A stretch of 64,000 nt of DNA from Octopus vulgaris (Eukaryota). Of the stretch, positions 13,980 through 26,931 are shown piece after piece. The DNA lies in contig OX597826.1 in assembly GCA_951406725.2 (NCBI GenBank), forward strand, positions 70,122,001 through 70,186,000, read 5' to 3'. The position numbers and the translations under genes were made by a program. Positions within the stretch are counted from its first letter, which is position 1. Every line of letters starts with the position of its first letter. Below the pieces are notes generated by a model. That model saw only the letters and a list, made by a program, of their open reading frames with translations. It was not told where the DNA came from and searched no databases.

Positions 13980-14606
13980 TTCCGCCGTCTCACACACACT
14001 TAATTTCAACCAACCAACCAACCACCAACCAACCAACCAACCACTACCTCCCTCCCTCACTCTGTCACTCGTTCTCAAACACTCATACTCTCACGCACAC
14101 ACACTACACACTCACACAGTACACACACTACACACACTACACTCACTCACACCTACACTCACAAGCGGCAGACACCGTCACTCACATAGATTGAGCAGTT
14201 AGCTTATGATGCCTGCCTGTTCTCACAGTCACTCTCTATACAGACTTACACTCACACACAGGAGCATTTATGCAGGAGTGTAAAGAAAAACCAAGCATTG
14301 TCTGCCTTTTGGAGTCTTACTTGGAAATTTAAAGGGATTTATATATATATATATATATATACACATACACACAATAACACAGACAACAAACACACACATC
14401 TGTATATATAAATACATAACAAACACATCTGTATATAAACACACACATATAAGTGTGTATATAATATATATATATATATTCAGTGTTTATATATATATAT
14501 ATATTTATATAATATAATATAATATAATATATTTTATTTACATATATATTGTTTTGCTTGGCTTTCTATTCGCTTTCATGGAATCTAATACTTGATGAAC
14601 CCCAAG
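13976..14606 (+). other. Candidate first exon (5' UTR, possibly ending in codons M-N-P-K) of an unidentified gene
   Basis: Perfect splice donor AAG|GTAAGT at 14604-14612, preceded by ATG AAC CCC AAG (ATG at 14595); islands of unique sequence at 14165-14340 and 14550-14606; no downstream coding exon recognised. Confidence 0.4.
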
Positions 14607-15999
14607 GTAAGTTCAAACAAAGCCTTTTAGTTTCATAAACATGTTATATATATATATGTGGTTATATGTACATATATATGATTGTATGTAAATATGATTG
14701 TTAGTGAAGATCAAGATATTTTATGTACGTCTGTGCATAAAATAAGGTTTATGTATAAGACAGAGGTTTCGTTAAAGATATACGTACGTACGTATGTATG
14801 TATGTGTGTATGTTTATGTATGTACGTGTGTATGTATGTATGTTTATCTATGTACGTGTGTATGTATGTATGTTTATCTATGTACGTGTGTATGTATGTA
14901 TGTATGTCGGAGTGTGTATTGTGTGTAAGTACAATGTGTGATGTGAGTAGTTTTTTAGTTACTTTAAGCTATTGTCATATGTATGTGTGTGTGTGTGTGG
15001 CTTTATGTATATATGAGTAGTATGTTATACACACACACACATGCATGAGTATATATATATATAAACAATGTTTATTGTGTGCAAGTTTAATCCAGTGTGT
15101 GTGTGTGTGTGTCTGTGATACATGCGTGTGCTGACCCTAGCGCACACACACGCACACGTACACAGACATGTATACGTATATATATATGCATACACACACA
15201 CACACACAAAACACATACATATTAAAGTGTACGTTTTTCCTGATCGCGTGTGGTTATATATATATATATGTATGTGTATGTATGTGTGTGTGTGTATGTG
15301 TGTGTGTCTTCAGTTCTTGTTGATGTTATTATTGTTAAAACTGATAACTGAAGCTTAACTTTATCTCCCGTACTTTGGGTACATAGTAGCATTTACACGG
15401 ATATAGCAAGAGATATACATATATACCCAGAGACATTGATTAATACGGGACATAAAGGAAGACACACACATATACACATACAAACACACACACACACACC
15501 TCTCTCTCTCTATATATATATAAACATTGTCCGATTTACGATATTTATTTATAAACACTTACTCACAGACAGCACCCATACATCCTATAAACAACCTGGT
15601 ATTATTGTATATTCTTAGCCAAGCCAAGCTGCTGTGCTGTAGAATCGAACCCATCACCACCCACGTGGTTTTCGTAACAAACTTGACCATACGACTGTGC
15701 CTGCGGCTACAGAAATGTATGCATGTGTGTGTATTGTATTGGTGCGGGTCCGTGTCTGTTTGTATAAGTATATATATGTGACCCTTTTTTAAGGCAGGCT
15801 GCTTCCTATATTTGGAAATTGCAGTTTAAATGGCTTGGCAAAAAAAACAAACCCTTATGCTGTAACTATAATGAATATAGTTTCTCGTCTGGGAATCGAA
15901 ACCGTGTCACCTATCCTACTCGATAGACTTGCCGCGTACCAAAACGTGTACTAAAACGTACACTATTTATTCCCATCAACATAGAACCAAAAGATCATG

Positions 16000-16530
16000 G
16001 ACTGTTGTTTTTTTAACCCAAGGTCACCCGTGAGGTAGGAGACATTGCCAAAGATATTTCCAACCATGACCACCTCATTTTGTTACAAGTATATCTAGGA
16101 TTACAGTAAGAAAAGTGTCCTTCCTTTATTTATTAGTGGCATTGATCTGAGGAAAATTTAGCTGTTGTTTCTAGAAAATCGATCCAACCACATCGAGATC
16201 TCGTTGGCAGATAGTCTAAGGTGCTCGTTCGTATATGTGATGCAATGACATTCATGCATTTCTTTTTTAAAATGCATTGCAGTCGCGGGGGCCTTTTTTT
16301 TTTCTTTAAACTTATATTTTATAAAATATTGTTGGTTTAATCCAGATCAGTCCTGATCAAAGATGTTCCAACCGTGACCATCGAGCCTAATTTTTTCCAT
16401 ATCAGGGACTTCATATATTCAATACGTCCTTCCCTCGTTTTTTTTTTTTTTTCTTTTTGAACGACTGTAGTGTGTGACTTTCTTTACGATTTCATTGCCT
16501 CTATTTCTAGCAGGTCGTGCGACCACAAAG
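16000..16530 (-). mobile_element. Two family D copies, minus strand
   Basis: ttgtt...aacccaaggtca, ttccaaccatgacca and ctatttctagcaggtcg motifs each occur twice. Confidence 0.65.
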
Positions 16531-17559
16531 CGGCTCCCAGCCACTGTGTGTATATGGGTGGGTGGGGGGAGGGTTATCTAGAAATGTGATAATCGTTCCT
16601 TTCCGCATGACATGAACCGGGGAGGGGGGGGAAGAAGTGGTGATACTCATGCGTTTTTCCCACTGTCCGTTGCTTTTGAAGTGGCTTAGCCTCGGTAATC
16701 GAAGTAAAATCGAATCTGAAGTGATGCGAATCAAAATCGTTTTTTCCAGATGAAAAATCGAAACCGATTCGCCAGCTTCCCTCAATGCTTATCTTAGCAT
16801 TTGATACATATTACAGGAGACTACATATAGGCCTGCATGTGTGTAAACGTGTGTATAATGTGTGTGTGTATACATCTGTATGCATGTACATGCATTTATC
16901 ATGTATATATACGCGCATGTATATACATTTATATATACTTTATTTAAAGCAAACTTTGTGCATATACGTGTGTATGCATTATATGTATGTGTGTGTGTGT
17001 ATGTATCATGTGTGTGTAGACGTGTATATATTGCGTGTGTACAAATGTATGTGTATATACGTCTGTGTGTGTATATGTGTTATATACCAGTATAAATGTG
17101 TGTGTGTGTAAATGTGTATGTCTGCATGCGTGTGTGTGTGTGTGTGTTTGTATATTTAGGTATAGATAGGATGTGTATATGTGTATACATTTGTGTCTAT
17201 ATGTGGATGTGTGTGTGTGTGTGTGTGAGAGACTGCATTTAGAGATACTGTGTTTATGTCAGTGAATTGGATCGTTGTGCGTGCATACGTGTGTGTATGT
17301 GTGTGTATGTGTCTTTTGATAGATTGATAGACAGATAGATAGATAGATGTGCGTGTGTGTGTTTTTAGAGAGAGAGAGAGTAAAACTCTGTGTGTGTGTA
17401 TGCGTGCGTGTATGCGTGCGTGTGTGTGTGTGTTGGCAATGTGTGTTAGATAGCATTGAACTAACGGCAGTGTTTTCACCTAACAAGCAATGTGTCTCTG
17501 TACCCGTTCTCGGAGCCCCTCGTCAGGGCAATGATTTCGGCACTAGTAAACTATATTTT

Positions 17560-17910
17560 AACCCCCTTACATGTTGGCACGGTTCGGCGATTGATTAAGA
17601 TCGACCCAGAACGGCCGAAATACGAAGCCAACCTCGGCTGGGTTTTGATCAGCGAGTTCAAATCCCGCCGAAGCTAAATTTAACTTTACAGTTAAAGAGC
17701 TGCAACGAACACTGCATGTAAGACGTTTTTGTCCGACCGACCTAGAGACGCGATTTCGAATCTCGCTGCGGTCGAGATTATCTTTTTTTTTTTTTTTACC
17801 TTGAAGGTTGGTAAAATAAAGAATCAATCAAGTATTGAAATATGGTTAATCGATTTCACGCATCCCCCAACCCTCCCGCTACCAAAAAAAAACGTTGTGA
17901 CCTTGTGCCC
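17560..17910. mobile_element. Two degenerate SINE family 2 fragments in opposite orientation
   Basis: atcgacccagaacggccgaaa (-) and cgaatctcgctgcggtcga...ccttgtgccc (+). Confidence 0.5.
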
Positions 17911-17959
17911 ATTTTGGAAATCATTAAATTTTTTATACCAACCAAAATAGCCTGTACGT

Positions 17960-18150
17960 GGTAGGCCAGACTTCTAGAAATAGCGACCATATTTCCCTCA
18001 AATCGTAATCTGTCGCCTTGCTAATCAAGAACACATTGGAAAAATGTGATCACTGATCAATAAGAAGACTTAGTATGGATGACCACAGCTGGAATTTCTT
18101 CGTTCATAAATCGGTTAAATCAGGTCTGACCGAGGGTCAAGCAACAACAG
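17960..18150 (+). mobile_element. Family D retroposon copy
   Basis: ctagaaatagcgaccatatttccctcaaatc ... ggatgaccacagctggaat ... gggtcaagcaacaacag. Confidence 0.7.
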
Positions 18151-18194
18151 CTATCACTGAAATCATTATTTTGTTATTTATTACAAGAGCAGAA

Positions 18195-18445
18195 AGGCGG
18201 CGATCTTGCAGAATCGTTAAGAAGATACTGGACAAATAATGTTTAGCGGCATTTCGTCCGTCTTTACGCTCTGAGTTCAAATTCCGCCGAGGTTGACTTT
18301 GCCTTTCGTCAATTTCGGGTGGGGTGGTGGTCGATGAAATAAGTACCAGTTGCACACTGGTGGCGGAGGGGGCGTCGGTATTTAACCGATTAGCTCCCCC
18401 ACTCCACGTAATTTCAGGCCTTGTGCCTATAGTAGAAAGGACCAT
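18195..18445 (+). mobile_element. tRNA-derived SINE family 2
   Basis: ggcggcgatcttgcagaatcgttaa head, B-box gagttcaaattcc, body gaggttgactttgcctttc...aagtaccagtt, end ccttgtgcctatagtagaaagg; a further degenerate copy follows at 18470-18690. Confidence 0.85.
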
Positions 18446-19334
18446 TATTGCAATGACGATGCGAATGCAGAATTGATAGAGCGTCTTTGTAGTATCTGTT
18501 CCTGCTGAATATGTTTTGAGTTCAAATCCCGCTGAGGTCACCCTCCTCCTCCCGGTTGTTTTTTTTTTTTTTTTACATTCTTTCGAGGGGTCAATAAAAT
18601 ATTGTTTCAGTCAAGTGCTGCAGTTGAAAGGATTGACTGATCCTACCTACTTCGTTTCCAACCACCACCAAATTTTGGGTCTTGGGCTTAATTTAATTAA
18701 ATAACAGTTATTAAGTTTCAACCATTGACCGTCGTTGAGTTACGAAAACACCTTTTAAACGTTTTAAATCCTTATAAAAAATTTCATTCTTGCCTTTAAT
18801 GTCACACACAGACACACACATACACACACACACACACACACGCACACACACACAGCACATATGTGCTCACTTCCAAGCCTCCATGTTTTATTGAGGATAG
18901 GATATCCTTGCCTCGATTCTACTCCGGACCATGCCTACAGGCGTCGGAGCGGGGTGAGGGTCCAGACAGGGTCTTTGAGATGTCTTTCTTGCAAGCCTTC
19001 TTGGATCAAATGTAGAATTCTGCAACAGACTCCGCTAACTTTTTTTTTTTTCGATAATCACTTCGATAGTCTTCCTCGGATGCAAGTGGACGGCCACCGT
19101 ACACACACATGCATACATACCTGCATACACACACATACGCACACTCACTCACACACGCGTCGTTGCGCTGATGTTTATTTGTGCTGTGTGGCTCTGATAG
19201 GGCAACACTATGATCATACGCCTTCCAGCTGTGACCGTCCCATTTATACTTACCAGGGAACTACATTATCGTTAATGTATTCCTCCTATTTCAGTCTTCT
19301 GTTATAACAGAAGACAAAAATTCCATTCGCACGT

Positions 19335-19495
19335 AAGTTGAATGGCTGGTTGGTGCTTAATTTTTTTATCGACCCCAGGAGGGTGAAAGGTGAAGCTGAC
19401 CTTGGCAGATTTGAACTCAGAACGTAAAGGAAACGCAACTAAATACCGCAAATCATTTTGTCCGATTCTCTGGCGAGTTTAGAAATTCAGCGCCT
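19335..19495 (-). mobile_element. SINE family 2, degenerate
   Basis: tttatcgaccccaggagggtgaaagg...tttgaactcagaacgtaaag; similar minus-strand copies at 21320-21480, 21900-22110, 45105-45230, 46640-46750 and 47300-47420. Confidence 0.75.
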
Positions 19496-19775
19496 TTTAT
19501 TTGAAAGATGCTAAAATGTGATATAATAGACAGATTAATGATTGTAAGCATTCCGGCCGTGACCATCCATTAAATTTTATTTTTCTCTTTCTTATCTACA
19601 AGAAACCCAAGGCTGTATTTTTTATATAACCTTTTCCAAAACAGGTTGGGTAACCATATAAAGGCTCCCTCGTTAGCTTATAATCTTCATAAGTTTTTGT
19701 GAGGGTATCAACCGTTTTTGGTGCTAGCCTGCCTATGGCCGTCTCTGGGTCTATGATGCAAGCTTCTTGTTATTT

Positions 19776-20113
19776 AGTGATCTGAATTTTATAAAAAAAA
19801 AAAAGCCCTGCATCGAAATTTCATGATAATCTATTTTCTTAAACATCGTGTTTAATTTATATCAAGCAACCACAAATCCATTTTACCATAAAGTTTTATG
19901 CATTTTCAAAACTAACTGAAACAAAAGAGCGTATTTTGAGACAAATATGGTAACAAAGGGCTTAAAGTGATCTACTTTAAAAACCCTCCATCAAAACTTA
20001 AACAGCAGCTTAATAATGTTAAAGTTATTTTACTAAATTCTTTATTATTTTCAAAAATTAATTAGACCAAAAGCAGCATATTTCAAGAGAAATATGGTAA
20101 TAAAAAGGATTAA
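19776..20113. mobile_element. Head-to-tail dimer of a TTAA-bounded AT-rich repeat (piggyBac-like end)
   Basis: Units end gaaatatggtaa(c)aaaggg-TTAA and restart agtgatct; the same junction recurs at 20905-21040. Confidence 0.55.
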
Positions 20114-21039
20114 AGTAAACTCCGAGTAGCATAGAGCCCAGCTGGGGCTTTATACTATTGTAGCGAAACCACGCTGAAAGCCCCGTGGATAATATACTGC
20201 CATATGTAATTAATACACGTCTTGAGTTTGAGGCCTAAATTGTCTCATAAACCTTATGATACTAGGTATTAGAGGAATAAAGGGTTATTATTCACAGTCT
20301 TAATCTTTATCTTGATTATTGTTAAGGGTGGGGAATGTGCGTATTAAGAAGTTAATATTTTACACTGAAATTTCACCCAAATCTTCTACTGCTTTCATCC
20401 CCCCCCCTTTTTTTTTTACTTATTTTTAATCGTGAGGTTTCATTGCAAAAGCTTAAAATCTACCACACACACAATACTATTTTATGCACCATTTCTATAC
20501 TCTCGGAAGCTACTCGCTCCATATAGCAACTCAGTCTCCTCCCGCCATCCCCCCACCCCCCACAAGTTACTTTTTACTGTCTTTAAGATATGGACCATAC
20601 TTCACTTAGTAGTGGAGTCTTCGAAGTTCCATATCTTATGATGAAGGAAAAGGTTATGGAAGTGAAATAGGGATAGGAATTTTTTTTTTTTTTTTCAATT
20701 GAAATTTCTGGAAATAAAATTCTCACAGATTCGTAATTTTCATTGTGTGGAACAGAAATACTTCGAGGGACACCTATTCTAGTCTGTATTGAGTCTGCCG
20801 AATTATTACAATGTCGTGTAACCACTGGACCTGGTCATCGTAATTTGCAAAATCACCCTTTTCAAACTTCCTTGCTGTTTTTATAATAGGGGCCGGATCG
20901 CTTTTACTGTGTATTTCAAGAGAAATATGGCGGAAAAAGAGTTAAGGTGATTTAAATTAAAATCCTCCATCGAAGTTTCATATTAATTTTTATGTCCTAA
21001 ACAGCAGCTTAATTACGAAAAAATCCCTACCAAATTTAA

Positions 21040-21200
21040 AATAGGGAGCTGCCCCACGAATCAGTCGGGTTGCATGTCTTTTAGTCATCCGAACTTTTCC
21101 GAATGAAATAAACTTCACCGACACCCCACAACATTTCATAATAGAGAACATATGAACCAGCGGGGTTGCTTGTACATTGTAACCGAACCTGCAAAATATA
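21040..21200 (-). mobile_element. Possible highly decayed CR1-type LINE RT fragment
   Basis: Minus-strand translation RFGYNVQATP...FGKVRMTKRHATRLIRG loosely echoes the CR1 motif LEYxVQxWSP...LEKVQRRATRLIxG; weak. Confidence 0.25.
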
Positions 21201-22252
21201 GCGATTAGCAAACTCCTTGCCCTTCCTAAACTCATTACAGTCTTAATAATAGACATCATAATCCCGTAATACACACATCTAACTTTAGCATAAGGTTATA
21301 TTTTACGAGGGAAGGCTGTTATAGTCGAATATCTCAACCCCTTTGCTTTGACTAATAGTTTACTTTATCGATGAAAAACAGTTGACCCCCAGTGAGTTTT
21401 GAACTCAGAATGTAAAGAACCGTGATAAAATAGTACAATGCATTTCGTCGGACGCTTTTACGAATCTACCAGTCTAACACATTAAAAAGAAATTGTTTAG
21501 CTTCAGTATCGTTAAAATGGTGTTCACACAAGTGTTCGCTGGGAAGTTCTGAATGTAGTTAATCACGTGAGTTACCTGTTATCTTATTCTCTTTATCTTC
21601 TCTTTCCCTTCTCCCCCCTTTAATCTTTCTTTTGTTATCATTTTCTTTCGTCTATAACTTACACAATGTCATTGAAAGCTAATATTACCTGGGGTCTTTT
21701 GCACCTTAAAAGAAATACTATAGCTGTTGAGAAGTGTTGTTTGTTGCTGTTGTTAGTGGTGGTGTGGTGCTGGTGGTGGTGATCTACAACTTCCACACCC
21801 AACCGGCCTCTTGTTTGTCCTTAAAGCGCAAGCCGTCACTAAGAAGATTTCGTTCTGGATTCTCAGTCGTAGCTTCTCGCTTGAAAGCGATCTAGGAAAC
21901 ACTTAGCAGTATCGATCGGTCGTTGAAATCTACGTCCCAGTATTTGACTAGTGTATTTTATTTTATCTACGACTGGCAAGATAAAAAAAGAAAAAAGAAA
22001 AGAAAAAGAAGTGGTTGGTCTCGGCAGGGTTTGAACTCAGAATATAGCTAACAACCACAACGGGATATCGCTTGGCATTTGGTCCCCGATACTCTAACGA
22101 TTCAGCCAATCCTGTACTTCTGTGATATTCACTAGCCACATTTCCCTCCACACAGAAACGTCTATGAGTGAAGGAACATCTTATACAGTTCTTAGACTGG
22201 CCCCACCTTGTTAAGCTAAATGCATTTTAACAATCTCGAGACGATTCTATAT

Positions 22253-22532
22253 CAGCGGTTCTCGGGGCCATATGTGGCCCTCAAGCATCCTTCCGGCAGC
22301 CCACATCCCTCCAACGGTCGTCCCTCTCTCGACTGTCCCATCTTTTATTCAGTGTACCTCTCAATGTGTCCCTTTTCGTAAAGAAAAGGATAGTGTATTT
22401 TGAGGGAGATTTGACTTCTCCTTTTCTTTAATTGACTTGTGTTTTCCTCTTTTTCTTTTCGTTTGGTGTGGTTCCCTAAAAAAATCCAGATTTTGGATCC
22501 GGCCCAGATATTAAAACGGTTGAGAACCACTG
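22253..22532. mobile_element. hAT (Charlie-like) MITE carrying an internal family D fragment
   Basis: Termini cagcggttctc / gagaaccactg; no clean TSD. Confidence 0.7.
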
Positions 22533-23480
22533 CTTTTTTATGGTCTCTCCAGCTACTAGAAGCAGCAGCCAAACATCGCCTTCCCTTCAAATCGCTCTCT
22601 GTTTAAAAAAAAGGGATAACTTAGTTGAAGTAGTCGTTATTCCTAATAAAAAAAAAGGGGGGGAGCGGGGATGATCTTGGTCAGGATTCATCTTGAAGCT
22701 AATTATCAACAAGAATCGACTTTAAAATAGGGTCTTCTTGAGTCACTATGGGTGCTTTCCTATACGCTAAGCATAACAGCTATTTCCCTCCACAAAATAA
22801 CCTCCATTTTAAAACTGTTAACATTCGTACAAAAAGGAGAGAATTTGTGAGAAAGAGTCTTCGTTGTTGAATTGCCCCCAAATGGTTGCCCCATCACCGA
22901 TCGAGGGAAGCGTGTGATCGAAGTCATTTGAGCTGTGAACATCGATATGAGATGGTTAGGTTTCCAGTATTTAATGTGTCCTGCCTGTTATTAAATCGGC
23001 AGTGTGTGTGTGATTTGATTTGAAGGGGATTAGGACGCCATTTCTAGCAGTTTGAATCGACCAGGGAAAGGCTTTCTCATTGGCTTAGTAGTCGTACTAG
23101 TGGTGGTGGTAGTGAGTGCAATTGCTGTAGTGGTGGTAGGATGGTAGTAGTAGAAGTAATAGTAGCAGTAGTAGCAGTGATGGTGGAAGTGGTAGTAGTA
23201 GTGGTGTTAGATGCAGCAGTTGATGGTGAGGTGTGTGTGTGGGAAATGATGTTGCTATATTTGGCATTTCAGCCTCGACTGTCCCATCTTTTTTTTATTC
23301 AGTGTACCTCTCAATGTGTCCCTTTTCGTAAAGAAAAGGATAGTGTATTTTGTGGGAGATTTGACTGGTTCTTTTTTTTTCTCGCAGGGCCCTCATTGGT
23401 TTGGTTTCATTCTTTTTTTGTTTTAGCTTTTTTATATAGTCACATGATCTTGCTAAAAGTAATAAAGAACACACCCTCTT

Positions 23481-23525
<45 letters not shown>

Positions 23526-24079
23526 AGCAACACCTTACTGGCTCTATGAATAAAGGACTTCAAAAGCCATTGATAAAACCCCTATTAAAATCTTCATCTG
23601 ACCATTCCATTATAGCAGACTTTCTCCTTCAACAAATTCCCTACCGTTTTCAATTCAAATGTGTAAAATAGGGATCACATTACATGAACCCATCAATGTT
23701 TGCAGCAGTGTATTCATTACCAAAATGCCCACCCCTTTAATTTAGAACCTTTCAAAAAAAATTACAAAGCCATGTTTTGTATCCCTAAATTTTATGGCTA
23801 AAATTCCACGGACCCCAGTTCTAAATTTCAAACTACCACACGTTCAATAAATACAAGGTTGAAATAAATACTAGTCGCAGGTTTCGTCGGATTGCTTAGC
23901 TTGTGTGTGTCCCCCACATATATGCCCCAAAACAGGGGTGCTCCATGGTGAACGCTGATAGAATAATGATTGCAACAGCATATTAAAAATTCAAAATCTT
24001 TGCCCAAACCACCACAACCAACTGCTTCCACCACTATTATTACAACGAATATTACTGCTGGAAGCAACATTCTTTTTAC

Positions 24080-24280
24080 TATAGGTACGATGTCTGAAAT
24101 TTTTTGGGACAGAGCTAGACATTACATCGACCTCAGTTACTGACTGAACTGATACTTATTTCATCGACATGCCAAGGATAAAAGTCAAGGGTGCGATATT
24201 TGAACTCCGAACGTAATGCCGGGAGAAATGCTGTTAAGTATTTCGTCCAGCGTGCTTATAGATTTCGCCGGCTCGTCGCT
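24080..24280 (-). mobile_element. SINE family 2
   Basis: ctataggtac...atcgacctcagt...tttgaactccgaacgta...ccggctcgtcgc. Confidence 0.7.
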
Positions 24281-24383
24281 TTCAAACCGGCATCAACTTT
24301 TCCGTTAAAATGTGCTCTGCTAACAGCTATATCGTTTAACACACATGCATGCATACACACGTACATATGTATGTATGTAGTCT

Positions 24384-24684
24384 GGAGGCGCAATGGCCCA
24401 GTCGTTAGGGCAGCGGACTCGCGGTCAGAAGATCGCGGTTTCGATTCCCAGACCGGGCGTTGTGTGTGTTTATTGAGCGAAATCACCTAAAAGCTCCACG
24501 AGGCTCCGGCATGGGGTGGTGGCGACCCCTGTTGTACTCTTTTACCACAACTTTCTCGCACTCTCTCTTCCTGTTTCTTGAGTAACGCTGCAATGGACTG
24601 GCGTTCCGTCCAGCAGGGGGAAAAACATACGCCACAGAAACCGGGAAACCGGGCCCACGAGCCTGGCTAGGTTTCAAAAGGGCG
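24384..24684 (+). mobile_element. tRNA-derived SINE family 3
   Basis: A-box tggcccagtcgtta, B-box gtttcgattccc, body with gcaatggactggcgttccgtccag. Confidence 0.85.
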
Positions 24685-24714
24685 ACGAAAAGAATGTATG
24701 TATTCATGGATTGG

Positions 24715-25115
24715 GTATATCGGGCGTCGAACAAAATGCCTCGCGAAGTTCAGTCAAATTTCCTGACGCTCTGACTGATAATGGCGACGATTTCAAGTCT
24801 GTCTTCTTTTCTTTCGGGGTCAGTAAAATAGAATACCAGTGAAATACTAAAGCCGGTATCATTAATCTACACCCATTCTTTCAATTTCTGACCTTGTGCC
24901 TTTATTGCAAACAGCCAGACTCGTTAGCACACCGGACAAAATGCTTGGCGGCATATCGCCCATTTTGGTTCTGAGTTCGAATTCCACCAATGGCGAATTT
25001 GCTTTTCATCTTTTCGAGATCGATTAAATAAATACCAGCTTAGCACTGAGGTCGATATAATCGACTAGTCTCCTCCCCACAAAATTTTAACCCTTGTGCC
25101 TATAGTAGAAAAGGT
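24715..25115 (+). mobile_element. Two adjacent SINE family 2 copies
   Basis: Both end in ccttgtgcct; the second has gagttcgaattcc and tgcttttcatcttttcgagatcga. Confidence 0.75.
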
Positions 25116-25147
25116 TATTAATATTTATTTTGCAAATAGTTTGTAGT

Positions 25148-25312
25148 GGCGTAGGAGTGGCTGTGTGGTAAGTAGCTTACTTACCAACCACATGGTTCCG
25201 GGTTCAGTCCCACTGTGTGACACCTTAGGCAAGTGTCTTCTACTATTGCCTCAGGCCGACCAAAGCCTTGTGGGTGGATTTGGTAGGCAGAAACTGAAAG
25301 AAGCCCGCCGTG

Positions 25313-25357
<45 letters not shown>

Positions 25358-25586
25358 ATGTTTGTGTTTCTGTGTTTGTCCCCCCCCCCCCCCAACATCG
25401 CTTGACAACCGATGCTGATGTGTTTACGTCCCGGTAACTTAGCGGTTCGGCAAAAGGAACCGATAGAATAAATACCAGGCTTACGAAGGATAAGTCATGG
25501 GGTCGATTTGCTCGATCGACTAAAGGCGGTGCTCCAGCATGGCCACAGTCGAATGACTGAAACAATTAAAAGAGTGTAAAAGAGTG
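25148..25586 (+). mobile_element. tRNA-derived SINE family 1 (CORE-like), full length, with internal (TA)/(TG) microsatellite
   Basis: ggcgtaggagtggctgtgtggtaag A-box, gggttcagtccc B-box, caccttaggcaagtgtctt, tail ccagcatggccacagtcgaatgactgaaacaa(aagagt)n. Confidence 0.92.
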
Positions 25587-25888
25587 TGAGGCATGCCTCT
25601 ACAATATGTTACAAAGAAGCAACCATTCTTTGCTTCCATCTTCAATTCGTCAATTACTGTTCTGCCATTCTTCTTGGATGGACATTTTAGTTGCAGGTAC
25701 AAACTACTGCCTTAATGCACCATTCTACTTCACTGATGTTCCTTAACCCCAATCCCACCACCACCACCGCCATACACACACACACATACAAGTATGTATG
25801 TGTGTGTGTATGTTTACACTTGTACGTAAGCATATATATTTCATTTCATTTCATCTAGTTTCAGCTCACGAGCTGTGGCCATGCTGGG

Positions 25889-25917
<29 letters not shown>

Positions 25918-25920
<3 letters not shown>

Positions 25921-26052
25921 CCTTTCGGGGTCGATAAATAAAAGTACCAGTTTCGCACTGGGGGGGGGTCGATGTAATCGACTTAATCCCTTTGTCTGTC
26001 CTTGTTTGTCCCCTCTCTATGTTTATAGCCCCTTGTTGGGCAATAAAGAAAT
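25918..26052 (+). mobile_element. SINE family 2, 3' half
   Basis: catcctttcggggtcgataaat...gtttatagccccttgttgggcaataaagaaata. Confidence 0.85.
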
Positions 26053-26326
26053 ATATATACACACACACGTGTGTGTGTACTGTCTGTACTTGCGTCTATG
26101 ATTGTGCAATTATGTACGCTTATATGTGCGTGTGTGTGTGTATGAATGTATGTGTGTTGCGATTGGGCGTATGTACGTTTGTATGCGTGTGTATGTGTGC
26201 GCGCGCGTGTGTGTGTAGTGGCTATTTTTTTCATTTTGGTATTTCATTTTGGTATTAATGGTATTTTTCATTTTGAAACTTGAGATGCAAAGTGACATTT
26301 GAGCCACTCTACACTATATGTGTATG

Positions 26327-26421
<95 letters not shown>

Positions 26422-26931
26422 TATACACTCACGTACCCGTCAACAAGACAGATTACGTGCTCCACCAAGGTACAGCATACATAGTAAGTCGTAACAAGAT
26501 ATTCTTCACCAACGTATATTAAACTGCACACAAACGTTCTTATGAATAAACAATGGCCATAAATATTTTAAATATTTTGCATGATGTAACAAGGATATCG
26601 TTTCCTGGCGAGTTTGTACAGACAGGTGTTCTTTCTCTCCGTGTGTCCGTTTGAATGTGTAAATTTATATGAATTAACTTCAATTTCGTAGGATTGGTCA
26701 CACCAATAGTATTTCTTTTATTATTAACAGTAATGGTTATATATCAAATTTCTTTATTCTTTTCATATTAAGCAACATACTTTCACACGTACACACACGC
26801 CCACACATTCATAGAATATTTATTATACCCATTGACAACATGCACGCATACATGCAATATATATACATACATACATACATACATACATTTCCGTTCTTCC
26901 CTTGTTAGAATAGTGATCCAGTGAAAGCTCT

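Noticed and set aside
19030-19085. Minus-strand CCGAGGA...TATCGAAA hammerhead-like string
   Set aside because: No stem I partner or cleavage triplet; GAAA runs into a poly-A tract
24384-24455. tRNA genes (also 27011, 27954, 30310, 46840 and 53849)
   Set aside because: A and B boxes are present but there is no acceptor stem, and each continues into a SINE body
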